This document shows positions 13,074 to 26,322 of a stretch of DNA of 64,000 bases, piece after piece. Both the position numbers and the translations under genes were made by a program. The notes under the pieces were generated by a model, which did no database searches, was not told the DNA's origin, and saw only the letters and a program-made list of their open reading frames with translations. This DNA comes from Octopus vulgaris (taxonomy: Eukaryota): contig OX597822.1 of the NCBI GenBank assembly GCA_951406725.2, positions 69,998,001-70,062,000 of the forward strand. The letters run 5' to 3'. Numbering within the stretch: position 1 is the first letter of the stretch; each line of letters starts with the position of its first letter.

Positions 13074-13676
13074 AAGAAGAAGAAGAAGAAGAAGAAGAAG
13101 AAGAAGAAGAAGGAGAAGGAGGAGGAGGATGCCACCCACACCTCAGGAACATGGTGGTGCACCAGATGGTGCAACAGAAATTCATGTGAAACTACCGAAG
13201 AAAATTTTTTAATAATAATAATAATAATAATGATTTTTTTTTATTATAATGATTCATTCTTATTTTGACACATAGCCAGCAATTTGAGGGAAAGGAGAAA
13301 ATCGATTTTATTGACCCCCAGTGCTTAATGGGCATTTATTTTATTGAACCTGAATGGATGAAAGGAAAAGTTGACTGTGGTAGAATTTGAATCCAGAACA
13401 TATAGAGCCATTATTATTGTTATTATTACAGTGATGAGCTGGCAGAATCATAAGCACTCTGGACAAACTGCTCAGCAGCATTTCATTTGTTTTTACGTTC
13501 TGAGTTCAAATACCACTGAGGTTGACTTTGCCTTTCAGGGTCGATGTAATCGACTGACTCCCTCCCCTGAAGTTGCTGGCTTTGTGCCAAAATTTGAAAT
13601 CATTGTTATTATTATTATTATCATTATTATTATTATTATTATTTTAATTTTGTTTCCATTTCTTGCCAAGTGTCTC

Positions 13677-13797
<121 letters not shown>

Positions 13798-14195
13798 CAG
13801 TAGTCTTATTTTCATCATGTGCTTTCACTGCACTACCGAGTGCAGCTCTGTGTGCCTTGGGTATGTACTGTGGTTTGTTGTGATGCTCTTGTTTTTACTA
13901 TATTGAAAGTGTTTTACATAGCATGTTTGCAGTACCTAGTAGTTCTATTTTCTGTATGCTTTATATACTTGTTAGTCCTGGTGTTTTTGTTATGTAATTA
14001 TCTGAATGTCTTTTTTATCATACCTATTGCACCTATTATGATAGGAATGTTTTATGTTTTTAGACTCTACATTCAAGTTACCTCTATTTCCAGATCTTTG
14101 CATTTTGAAAGTTTCTCTGTTTCCTTTAGAGAAACATTGCCATCTGTTGGTATTGATACGTCGATTAGAAAGCATTTTTTTCTTGGTGATCTCTG
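13798..14195 (-). mobile_element. R4/Dong-type LINE 3' fragment with restriction-like endonuclease motif
   Basis: On the - strand: DHQEK..LIDVSIPTDGNVSLKETEKLSKCKDLEIEVT..SLKT.NIPIIIGAIGMIKK...TKTPGLTSI.SIQKIELLGTA, then a (TAA)n tail. Confidence 0.85.
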
Positions 14196-14484
14196 ACGAC
14201 AATATTATTACTATCATCATCATCATTATTATCATCATTATATTTTCATTAGCATCGTCTTTCAATTCTGTTCCCATTTCTTGCTGAGTGTCTTCCTGAT
14301 ACCTAGAGCAGAGAAACATACTGTATACGGGCGAAATGCTTAGTGGTATTTTGTCTGCCACTACGTTCTGAGTTCAAATTCTGCTGAACTTGATAAATTA
14401 AGTACCAGTTGCGTAATGGCGTTGGTCTAATCGACTGGCCCCCCTCTCCCAAAATTTCAGGCCTTGTGCCTATAGTAGAAAGGA

Positions 14485-14558
<74 letters not shown>

Positions 14559-14986
14559 TCCTTGTTGACTGCAAGGACCAGAACTGATACAAAAATATAA
14601 TTTAAAATGGAAACAAAACACATGGTGGGTACATACATCCACACATATACATAAAAAACAGGGAATGGAGCAAAAATGTTATAGAATACATAAAAACAGG
14701 TTGTAGATTTAGTACACAAACAAACAAGATATAAAGCTGCTACCTATGTGGGGCCAGAGCACTCCATGACTCTGACCTCATTCTACTCTGATCACCATTT
14801 TTGCCAGCTGAGTCCTCAAAGAATTACCCATGAACATCTTTGATCTTTGCTGAACCATGAAGTCTCCCATTTTCTCTGGGTAGTGTTCCTTTAGCTGTTG
14901 ATGAATTGCTGATGTGATTTTCACCAATCGTCAGTTATGTTTGTGTTGGCTGTGCTCACTTCCTATTTCCTCCTCAGTTAACAACA

Positions 14987-15069
<83 letters not shown>

Positions 15070-15099
15070 TGTATGTATGTATGTATATACATATATATG

Positions 15100-15133
<34 letters not shown>

Positions 15134-15557
15134 TGTATGTATGTATGTATGTATGTATGTATGTATATATATATATGTATGTATGTAGGTAGGTATATAT
15201 AGTAGAATAATAAAGAGAAAGTTCATGGTACAGTATTATATATAGTTTTGAAAGAAAGAGTAGAGATGGCATTTTTGAGGGGATAATTTTTATTTTAATC
15301 TTTATGATAATGTTTACACACACACACACACACACATTGTTTTTGTTGTCTTTTAGCTTCCTCAGCATTTCCAGTAGGTTCTAGTTTTCATTTTGAACCA
15401 CTGAGAACTACTTCCAGCACCCTATTTGCCTTCTGTCTTGGTTCACTCTTTATGTACATATGTATATCTTGCCCCCTTCTTTTCTTACTGCTTTTGATGC
15501 TTTCCCAACCCTTTCCCAGGTTCCATCATCTCAACATTGTTAGATGGTAGAGGCGAC

Positions 15558-15989
15558 CAGGACCGGATTAAGACCCAAAGAGGCCCCAACCACTTAAAAG
15601 ATTTTTGTGCCACCATATATATGAAATTCAAAATTTAAGCAATAATAAGCCATAAAATTATTATTTTTTTTTTTGTGCTTCAAAATGAAATCAAACTAAT
15701 AAGTAAGATAGGAAAAAATGTTTATTTTAACTTTTTATGCTTCCACTTTATATTTCAAAAGTTTTCTCCTGCTTTTTCTAATTCCAAAGTCTTTGATCAA
15801 ATCCTCCCTATGACACCATGAACACTTTGAAATCATATTTCTGATCATATACAATACCTCGAATATCATTTTAACAAGTTTAAAGTGATTTCTTTTGTGC
15901 CGTAGACAATTTACCATTTCTGTGGTGCTCCCATTCCCTTTAATGCCCTAAGCACATGCTTATTTTGCTTAGAGGTTAATCCAGTGCTG
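15558..15989 (-). mobile_element. hAT non-autonomous element
   Basis: Termini CAGGACCGGATTA / TAATCCAGTGCTG. The - strand remnant EDLIKDFGIRKSRRKLL resembles a hAT transposase C-terminus. Same family as 55331 and 61761. Confidence 0.75.
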
Positions 15990-16294
15990 GGGCTGAAACC
16001 GCTGATTGGAGCCTGTAACTGATGATTTGCTGGAAGAAGAGACTCTTTACCTTTTCAGTTCCTTACCTCATTAACCTCATATTCTAGTGGTTTGAAGGTT
16101 ATTTCATTTGTCTCCATTTCTACTTGGAGCACGATAGGAGTTGTCATAGTTGCTTTGGTTGGTGCTTTTGTTATTGTCATCTAAATTTACATTTTTGTCA
16201 CATTTCCCCTCTATTTTCCTCAAATTACAACTGTGTATATTTGTCATTTTTTCTTCTTGTTTTTCTTTCTTCTTAAATCTGTCCTTATATTTTC

Positions 16295-16486
16295 AAGTAA
16301 TCATTATATCCAACTCAACATGAATCCCTTATTAGAACACCAAATCCTGCATTATTAGCTTTGAGAGATCCTCTTATATAAGTGCTTATTAACACCAAGT
16401 GCCAATATGAGAGGATCTCCCAAGGTTAATGCAGCATTTGGTGTTCTAACAAGGCATCCATTTTCAGTTGGATATAATGATTGCTT
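16295..16486. repeat. imperfect ~190-bp foldback (palindromic element)
   Basis: AATCATTATATCCAACT...TTAGAACACCAAATCCTGCATTA pairs with TAATGCAGCATTTGGTGTTCTAA...AGTTGGATATAATGATT; inner GAGATCCTCTTATAT pairs with ATATGAGAGGATCTC. Confidence 0.8.
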
Positions 16487-16515
16487 TTTGCTATTAATAC
16501 TGCTTCCATCATTAA

Positions 16516-16904
16516 TCTCTATATATAAAGCTGAAGTTGTCTGTGCATGGCAGGTTTGGTAGCCTTCAACTAACACCATCTCCTCTGAGACCCTGCGGCA
16601 TAAGTTGACCAAAATTGAGAGTATGATAGAAGAAGGCTTGCTCTTCATTCTGTAGAAGATAAAATTCAAATCAGACCATGTTAAGACCAAAAATTATTTA
16701 CATCAACAAGGTGCTTTTTTCTATGAAAATCCCTATTTTTTATGATGTTTTGACTGCTGTGTCGCCATTTTTCGGTGTATTTCAACCAGAAAAATGTTCA
16801 CTTAAAGAGAATAACGTGCTACATTATGCTAAATTTTTACTTATCAAAAATTCCAATTGTAAAGGGTTGAAACAAAGCCGAACAACACTGGGCGATACTG
16901 CTAG
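16516..16904 (+). mobile_element. non-autonomous Helitron
   Basis: A|TCTCTATATATAAAG start; decayed 3' hairpin CCGAACAACACTGGG then GATACTGCTAG|T end. The 3' end is shared with 27657 and 36670. Confidence 0.8.
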
Positions 16905-17719
16905 TACTTGTAGAAATCATATAATAAATTGGAGCTCCATAAATGCCTGTCTACTGCAAACAACTATAATAGTAAGAATGCTTATAAAGAAAGAGCAACC
17001 AATTTCTTCTGCTTTTCCATTGCCTTCCCTATCTTGGATTCAATGTCAAATATAAAACAGAAGTATTTAAAAAAAAAAAAAATTAAGGAAAGAAGGAAAC
17101 TGAATATTAATGATTTGGCATCCAGCACAACTGGAATTATATTTATAGAAAAATTACTTCATTTAAATTTCATTAACTTTTTCTCTCTTTCTTTCATTCT
17201 ACGAGTCTTTGAAACTTTCATTCTCTTGAATCTATCATCATTTTTTTTTTTTTTTTTTTAATTCTCATGCTGAATTGCTCACTTTCAACAGTTGTCTTTT
17301 TTACTTTTCCATTTTGTTTTGTTTTGTTTTAAAGAACGGAAATGACCTTTCAGGAATGCCAGTAAATGCCAACTTTAATAAAAGTTGATACAGGCCAACA
17401 ATGAAAGTAAATGCAATTTTATTTCAAGCTTTACAATTGAACCGCTGCATTTTGGCTTTATTTCTCAGAGGTTACTTCCAGCTATCAGTTTTCTAAAATG
17501 CCTCCTGCCTTTGAAATTTTGGTTCTTCTACAAGAGGGATACTGTATAAATTGTACCTTTTATTTTGAACTTTGACATTAGGATTTGCAGTTAACAACAG
17601 ATCATCATCATCATCATCATCACTACCACCACCATCACCACCATCGTCATCACCACCGTCGTTGTCATCGTCATCATCATCATTGTTTTCATCATTATCA
17701 TCATCATCACCACCACCAT

Positions 17720-17920
17720 CATTGATTTAACACCTTTTCCAAGTCTCCATGGGTCAAAGCAGATTTTCTATGGCTGGATGCCCTTCCAGTTGCCAACCTT
17801 CCCCTGTTTCCATGCAAGGTAATATTCCCCATGACCAGGCATGTTTTTGCAGAATATTAGAAATGAATGACACTGCTTGTATGACAGTGATACTTACAAC
17901 TATCACATGATGTCAAAGAG
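17720..17920 (-). mobile_element. interspersed repeat family E (RTE-tail related)
   Basis: GGCTGGATGCCCTTCC..GCCAACC..CCTGTTTCC..AAGGTAATATTCCCCATG. Other copies near 29590-29720, 38225-38385, 52425-52590 and 56480-57215. Confidence 0.6.
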
Positions 17921-17965
17921 AATGTGGCGTACACACATGCACACACACACACACACGTGCACACA

Positions 17966-18013
<48 letters not shown>

Positions 18014-18404
18014 ACACATATAAAGAAGCCCATCATACATAGATGTATATGGAAGGCTTCTTTCAATTTCCATCTGCCAAATCCTCTCAGAAGGCTTTGA
18101 TCGGTCTGAGGCTATAGCAGAAGACACTTGTCCAAGGTACATGAAGATAACCCTCAACTAGGTTTGAAACCAGGTCAAGTCAGTGCTCTATTTTTCTGTC
18201 TGCAGATCAGATAACAACCTGGATTTTATTTACACTTGTCTATCTGCAAATGATATTAAATTTACTTAAATACACACTTAAAACCAGAATTTGGTAGTCA
18301 AAACAGTTGTATGTGATAAATCATTTCAAAATGTTAGTAGGTTTTGTAGACTCTGAATGGATTAATTTGTAAGCAAGAGCATTTGTATCTAGACTATGAA
18401 TGTC

Positions 18405-18720
18405 ATTGCCAGTGCTGCTGGACTGGCTCCTGTGCAGGTGGCATGTAAATGTGCCACTGGACTGGCTCCTGTGCAGGTGGCATGTAAAAAACACCATTTG
18501 AGCGTGGCCGTTGCCAGTACCGCTTGACTGGCCCTCGTGTTGGTGGCATGTAAAAGCACCCACTACACTCTCGGTGTGGTTGGCGTTAGGAAGGGCATCC
18601 AGCTGTAGAAACTCTGCCAGATCAGACTGGAGCCTGGTGCAGCCATCTGGTTTACCAGTCCTCAGTCAAATCGTCCAACCCATGCCAGCATGGAAAGCGG
18701 ACGTTAAACGATGATGATTA
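18405..18720 (+). mobile_element. RTE-clade LINE 3' UTR fragment (family D) with repeated internal units
   Basis: GCCAGT..ACTGGCTCCTGTGCAGGTGGCATGTAAA units, then GGTTGGCGTTAGGAAGGGCATCC and a (GAT)n tail. Confidence 0.75.
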
Positions 18721-20372
18721 TGATGCTATATTGCAGAGTGCCATCAGCAGCGACGGTTTGTGAAAGAGTCGACTCATTGATAAGGAGTCTTACTATAAGA
18801 ATGGTTAGTTTTATGTAGCCACCCAGCAAAAGGGATTTACACTTGTGACCCCTACTTGTGAACATAAATGAAAAAAAAAAAAAGGAAAAAGTTGCCAGTA
18901 TGGCTGTGTGGCAAGAAATTGGCCCTGGGCTGACCATAACCTTGTGAGTAGATTTGGGAGATGGAAACTGAGAGAAGCCTATTATAAAAGTGTCCGTGCA
19001 GTGCCATGTAAAAGCACCCAGTACACTCTGTAAAATTGTGGGTATTAGGAGGGGCATCCAGCTGTAGAAACCATGCCAAATTAGACTGGAGTCTGGTGCA
19101 GCTCCCCAGCTCTGGTTAAACTGTCCAACCCATACCAGCATGGACAATGGATGTTAAATGATGATGAGGATGATGATGATACACAGATATATACATACGT
19201 ATATACAAACACACGCACACTCATACCCGCACACATATATACATTTATGTATATATTATATATATGTATGTGTGTGTGTGTTTGTGTTTGTACCCAACAC
19301 TGCCTAACAACCGGTGTCGGTTTGTTTACATCACTGTCACTTAGTGGTTCAGCCAAAAGCAAATGGTGGAATATGTACCAGGCAAAAAAATAATTATAAT
19401 AAAAATAGTACCATGGTCAGTTTGTTAGAATTAAACCTTAAAAGTAGTGCTCCAGTATGACCGCACTCCAGTGACTGAAGCAACTAGAAAAATAAAAAAA
19501 TTTAAGAATTTAGGGATTCTTTGAAATCACTCAGTGTATGGTAAACAAAATTAGTTTTTAATTGCATTTACCAAAAAAAAAAAAACGAAAAAATAACCCA
19601 AAAACATCCTTGTGTCACGAACTGCAAAAAAAAAAAATAAGGAACAAACAAAACAAACTAAAAACAACACTCAACAACTTTTACCTAACAAAGCCAATCC
19701 TACTTTCAAACTGAAACGCCCATTTGGCTTACTCCTTTCTTACTGAGACATCTGAACTCAGTCAATAGTTTTGTGTGACTCAGTGTCGTTTTGTTTCTTA
19801 ACTCACTTCCTATCGTCACAATGGCATTTAACTTACGAAGTATGTACTAAGTATACTATTGACAAAATAGTAAAATGTAGAAGCCATTACAAGTTAGTTG
19901 CTGTATTGTAGTTTTATATCAAAACATATTTCCTGTTGGTACAATGATATTTTTACTAGTGATGTTGCATATTGACAAAACAGACTAAAAAAAAAAAAAA
20001 AATAGTAAAAAATATAAAACGGAAAATCAAGAAAAACAACAGAACTATGTTGACTATTTCTAGGTTTATTTAGTTCACTTGTTGGATAAATAACCCTTGT
20101 TATTTTCGTTTTTTTAGACAAATGGGGTTGCTTAAAGATATCTACATAACATATACATCTGCATATGTGTGTGAGTGTGTGTAGTGGAAAAGTGACACAA
20201 AGGCTGTGTGGTAAGAAGCTTGCTTCCGAACCATATGGTTCCGGGTTCAGTATCAACCTCGTGGCATCTTGAGCGAGTGTGTCTGCTTTAGCCTCAGGCT
20301 GACCAAAGCCCTGTGAGTGGATTTGGTAGATGGAAACTGAAAGAAGCCCATCATGTATACATACATACATAC

Positions 20373-20444
<72 letters not shown>

Positions 20445-20472
20445 AAAAAAGTCAAGATAGAAAAAATACATA

Positions 20473-20637
20473 GGAGTGGCTGTGTGGTTAGTAGCTTGTT
20501 TACCAACCATATGGTTCCGGGTTCAGTCCCACTGCGTGGCACCTTGGGCAAGTGTCTTCTACTATAGCCTCGGGCCGACCAAAGCCTTGTGAGTGGATTT
20601 GGTAGACGGAAACCGAAAGAAGCCCGTCGTATATATG

Positions 20638-20671
<34 letters not shown>

Positions 20672-20876
20672 AGTTTGTATGTCTGTGTTTGTCCCCCCAA
20701 CATCGCTTGACAGCCGATGCTGGTGTGTTTATGTCCCCATCACTTAGCGGTTCGGCAAAGAGACCGATAGAATAAGAACTGGGCTTACAAAGAATAAGTC
20801 CTGGGGTCAAGTTGCTCAATTAAAGGCAGTGCTCCAGCATGGCCGCAGTCAAATGACTGAAACAAGTAAAAGAGTA
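20473..20876 (+). mobile_element. tRNA-derived SINE family B (CORE-like) with internal TA/TG microsatellite, full length
   Basis: Head GGAGTGGCTGTGTGGTTAG, B-box-like GGTTCAGTCCC, CORE-like GTGGCACCTTGGGCAAGTGTC, tail GCTCCAGCATGGCCGCAGTCAAATGACTGAAACAAGTAAAAGAG. About 20 partial copies elsewhere (e.g. 6945-7100, 10860-11055, 21122-21330, 27459-27617, 28400-28615, 39265-39470, 41735-42200, 51885-52045). Confidence 0.85.
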
Positions 20877-21896
20877 CAAGAGTATACATACATACATACA
20901 TACATACATACACACACACGCACACACACACATACACACACACATATACAAAATAAAATACAAAATGGGACAAGAACGCAAAACATCCGGACAACTAAGT
21001 GATACAAAAGGGGACAACAAAACATCCAGATAGACGATACAAAAAAAACACGGACGGGTCATTCGAAGCCTTTTATCTTCAGTCAAGAACCGGATCATCC
21101 TCGCAATTTCAGCTGATATATATTTGTGTGTCTGTGTTTGTCCCCCCACCATGGCTTGACGACCAATGTTGGTATGTTTATGTCCCCGTAACTTAGCACA
21201 AAATGGACTGATAGAACAAGTACAAGGTTTCCAAAGAATAAGTTGAGTCCTGGGGGTCGATTTGTTCAACTAAAGGCAGTGCTCCAGCATGGCCACAGCC
21301 AAATAACTGAAACAAGTAAAAGAATAAAAGAATATATATGTATATATATAAATGTAAATAAATATAAGATCCAGGTATCAAGGTGTAGGAAGAAAGTTAG
21401 CTTCAAGCAATCCATAGTAAATACAAAAAACAACTTTCAGGGACAATATCGGTTTATTGAGATGGAATGTTGTGAATTTTTTTTTCTTATATTTACTACT
21501 TCCAAGGTTCCATTCACTATAAAACAGATGCAGCTCAGATCTTATCTACCCCATTCCTTAACTTTTGTATATACACACACACACACACATATATATACGT
21601 ATATATATATATGTATATATATACATAAATACATATATATACACATACACACACAGTATAGGACAGTCAGTAAGTTGTTATTACAGAACTCAGAGTTTCA
21701 AATGCTGGAGCTAAAAGTTTTGGAGATTTTCATTGGCTATTTTTTTTTCATAGCGTCTATTGTCAAAAATAGCTGATTTGAAACTCTGAATTCTATTATG
21801 ACAACTTACTGATTGTCCTATACAATTTATATATATATATAAATTCCTCTATTTTCATAATATCAGGGTCTTGTTCTTTTGTTGTCATTTTATTAT

Positions 21897-21950
<54 letters not shown>

Positions 21951-23014
21951 GTATATCATAACAGGAGGTTGGCAACATTTTTATTGGTATTATGGAAGGG
22001 TGTGCCTCTCAGTCAGAAGTCTGAACAGACATGTTAAGAGAGTGCATATGGTGGCACCTGTTTCTCCTGCCAGCCAGCATAGCAGTGCAGTATGTAATAA
22101 AATGCGTAAAACTTTGGCTGGGCTTAAAAGTTATATAAGGGCATCACACAGCATCAATAATGAATCATTTCAGTGGTCTTTTTGGCAATGGGTTTCCTTG
22201 TGTAACGAGGGTGCAGCTATGATGTATGTATGTATGTATGTATGTATGTATGCATTGCAAGAAATAACTCGGTTTCTGTCCCTAAAGTTTTACTAAGTTC
22301 AACTTACACAAGTTAATGTGTGAAAAGTAAAATAGGCATTTTGGAAGTAGTTTCTATAAAACTAGTTTCTAAACACTGAATGGCCATGGGAGTCCACCAG
22401 AATAAACTAGTACTAGAAATAGCAGCCAAATCTTCCAGAAATTGCTTCTTGTAATTTTTAAATAAGGAAATGACACACAAGATGATGTAATATCAGAAAC
22501 CCTAAAAAAAAGACTGAATGGTCATGGTTGGACTCCCTTTGATCATAGCTTTACTTGATCAAGGTTGACCTTGGCCCAAACAGTAACTACAATAACAACA
22601 ACAGTTTCACTGTATACGGGCAGTGTTTTAATTTAGATTGGGAATAGGTCTGATGTAATATCTCTGAACCTTTGGACAAAGGTGGTTTTTGTAGTCGTTC
22701 CAGTGACTCCACCTTCCACTTTCTCAAATTAAACACACACACACACACGTATATACACAGTCATGTGCATGTGTGCACACACTCGCACACACATACTTAT
22801 ATATACACATACATTGCACATACACATACATTCTCATGTATTTGAAGTGTATGTGTGAGTATATGTGTAAGTGTCTGTGTATCTGCATGTATCTGTGAGT
22901 GTGTGAGAGTAGTTTAGTTATAGGAGTGTGTCAGTGTGTAAGTGGCTGTGACTCTGTGTGTGCGTGTTGTGTGTGCACGTGTGTGTGCATATACATGTGT
23001 CAGTGCACATGGAA

Positions 23015-23255
23015 GTGTGTGTGTGAAAGTGTGCAGCGTGTGTGTGTGTGTGTGTGAAAGTGTGCAGTGTGTGTGTATCCATGTGTGAAAGTGTGCAGTG
23101 TGTGTGTGTGTGTGTGTGAAAGTGTGCAGTGTGTGTGTATCCATTTGTGAAAGTGTGCAGTGTGTGTGTATCCATTTGTGAAAGTATGCAGTGTGTGTAT
23201 GGGAAAGTGTGCAGCATCTATGTGTGTGTGTGTGTGAAAGTATGCAGCATCCGCA
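23015..23255. repeat. variable-length minisatellite built on GTGAAAGTGTGCA plus (GT)n
   Basis: Seen directly. Confidence 0.9.
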
Positions 23256-23552
23256 TGTGTGTGTGTGTGGGGGTGCAGTTGTGTGCTTGAAATTGAATTA
23301 ATGCACAAACTATTTTAGTTGCACATAGCAACTAAAACTTATCATCTTTCATTGCAATGGATATGTCTCTACCAGTTCCTGCCTCGCAGTGCAATGCTGA
23401 ATGGTGAAAAATACCTGTAATGCACCAGTGGAAGTTATATATACCGTAGACTAATGTTATGTACTTACATTGCACTAGAGTGTGGTGGTATGTGGTAAGT
23501 GCATTCACTGCATTATAGCAAAATATTAAGCATGCGTACTGCACTGTCCTGT

Positions 23553-23820
23553 GGAAGCACATGGCCTAGTGGTTAAAGCAGTGGACTCGTGGTCGAGGGA
23601 TCGTGGGTTCGAATCTCAGGCCGGGTGATGTGTGTGTTTATGAGCGAAACACCTAAGCCCCACATGGCTCCAGCAGAAGGTAATGGTGAACTTCTGCTGA
23701 CTCTTTCGCCACAACTTTCTCTCACTGTTTCCTCCTGCAGCTTGCAGCTCACCTGTGATGGACCAGCGTTCCATCCAGGTGGGGAACCTATACGCCAAGG
23801 AAATCAGGAAACTGGCCCTA
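23553..23820 (+). mobile_element. tRNA-derived SINE (family C-related head)
   Basis: A-box TGGCCTAGTGG and B-box GGTTCGAATCTC. The body matches a partial copy at 39865-39940. Confidence 0.75.
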
Positions 23821-24029
23821 AATTGCTGTGATAGTAAGTATCTGCACTGTGCTATAGTGTGATGCTTAAGTGCATGTGATGCACTGTTCCAATGTGTGAT
23901 GATGCATGCCTATATTGCACTTTGGACTTACTGAATTAAGGTACAACAAGAGACCGGGGTAAAACAGCCATCACCCTATGGCTGCCTGTGTGCAGAATTT
24001 TGACATGTACGAATATTTATTTACCCCCA

Positions 24030-24077
<48 letters not shown>

Positions 24078-24623
24078 GTATGTGGGCACAACAAAAAAGT
24101 ATGAAGCATGAGTACATGGAACATGAACTATTCTTTTGATCAATGAAAGACACAAATGGAAAAGAAAACCAACATAAAGAACGACCCTTCATCAGTTTTT
24201 GGGTGTTTTTCTAGTTTCATATTTCGAGCATATAACAACAATATATGCTTTCGATAAAACAGTTTCTTCCGCAAAGCAAATTAAATAAAATTTGGGATTT
24301 TGTAGAGGGTCAAAATAGGTAACACAAACAGGACAGTGAAAACAAGCAGGAAAGGCTGCTAAGCCTAAACAAGGTTGTAGTGGCAAATGCATAAATCAAG
24401 CTAGGACAGGAGATAAACAAGAACACGTCTTCCTTGTTCCAGCTTCAATGGAAAGAAAGAAAGACGGCCAATGGTCACGTGGGACCCACGTGAGCAAGGG
24501 AGGAGGAGTGAGGAAGAGAGAGTGACAGAGTAATAAGACAGAATAGTGGGAGAAGAGGTGGTAAAAGAATAAGAGAGAGAAAAAGAGAGAAAAGTGAAAG
24601 AGTAAAAAGATTGTATAGTGTAC

Positions 24624-24659
<36 letters not shown>

Positions 24660-24958
24660 AACACACACATGCAACTATATATATATATATATATCTAAAA
24701 ATACAAAATAGGACAAGAACGCAAAACATTCAAATAGACGACACAAAAAACGGACAGGCCACTCGAAACCTCTAATCTTCAGTCAAGAACCGGATCATCC
24801 TCGCAATTTCGGCTGATATATATATAAGCTTCTTAACTATACTTCCATTCTTATACCTATATATACATATATATATACAAACATATGTATGCATGTTTGT
24901 ATGTATGTTTGTATGTATGTATGTATGTATGTGTGTATGTATGTATGTATGTGTATGT

Positions 24959-25027
<69 letters not shown>

Positions 25028-25034
25028 CATATAT

Positions 25035-25444
25035 ACTCTTTTACTCTCTTTTACTCTTCAGTCATTTGACTGTGGCCATGCTAAAGCACCGCCTTTAGTC
25101 AAGCAAATCGACCCCAGGACTTATTCTTTGTAAGCTTAGTACTTATTCTATCAGTCCCTTTTGCCGAACCACTAAGTTATGAGGACGTAAACACACCAGC
25201 ATCGGTTGTCAAGTGATGTTGGGGGGACAAACACAGACACACAAACATATACACACACATACACATGTATATATATATACATATATATGATGGGCTTCTT
25301 TCAGTTTCTGTCTACCAAATCCACTCACAAGGCTTTGGTCGACCCGAGGCTATAGTAGAAGACACTTGCCCAAGTTGCCACGCAGTGGGACTGAACCCAG
25401 AACCATGTGGTTCGTAAGCAAGCTACTTACCACACAGCCATTCC
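25035..25444 (-). mobile_element. SINE family B, full length
   Basis: Reverse complement of 20473-20876. Confidence 0.85.
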
Positions 25445-25487
25445 TATGTATGTTTATATGTATGTGTGTATGTGTGTGTATGTGTGG

Positions 25488-25534
<47 letters not shown>

Positions 25535-25639
25535 TATAATTTATAAATAACAAATTAATCCACCCTAATTTTTTTAATGTAATAGTTAATTGGAAGAAGA
25601 GAAAAACGTGGGAAAAACAGGAAAGGAAGAGGAGATGAG

Positions 25640-26139
25640 AGATGGTGACAATGATAATGACAATGATGGTTATATTGCTGATGTTGGTGATGATGATGAC
25701 CAATGTAATGAAATTTGTGAGGATGATAGTTGTGGTGATAACAATGATGGTGATGATGATGATAGTGGTGAAGAAGAAGAAGAAGAAGAAGAAGACAATG
25801 ATGATGATGATGATGGTGGTGGCGTGGTGGTGGTGGTGGTGGTGGTTGTGGTGGTTGGGTGGTGGTGGTGATGCCAGTAATGACAATGACAATGATGATG
25901 ATAGCAATGGTGATTGATGATGACGATGATGATGATAATGATGGCAACGATGATGATGATGATGGCAATGATGATTGATGATGGTGGTGGTGGTGGTGGT
26001 AATGGTGGTGGTGGTAATGGTGGTGGTGGTAATGGTGGTGGTGGTAATGGTGGTGGTGGTAATGGTGGTGGTGGTGATGATGGCAATGACAATTATGATG
26101 ATGATGATGGCAATGGTGATTGATGATGATGATGATGAT

Positions 26140-26170
<31 letters not shown>

Positions 26171-26290
26171 ATGATGACAGTGATGATGATGATGGCAATG
26201 ATTGATGATGATGATGATGATGATGGTGATGGTGGTGGTGGCGGTGGTGGTGGTAGTGGTGGCAGTGGTGGTGTTGGTGTTGGTGATGGC

Positions 26291-26320
<30 letters not shown>
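25640..26320. repeat. GAT/GGT/GAA low-complexity tract
   Basis: Seen directly; source of the poly-H/D/M/P ORFs. Confidence 0.9.

Positions 26321-26322
<2 letters not shown>

Noticed and set aside
19680-19860. Enhancer-like cluster (TGACTCA, CACTTCCT)
   Set aside because: Short motifs occur by chance and cannot be supported from sequence alone.
23553-23625. tRNA gene
   Set aside because: A/B boxes are present but I see no proper cloverleaf, and it continues into a SINE body. The same holds for the other SINE heads.
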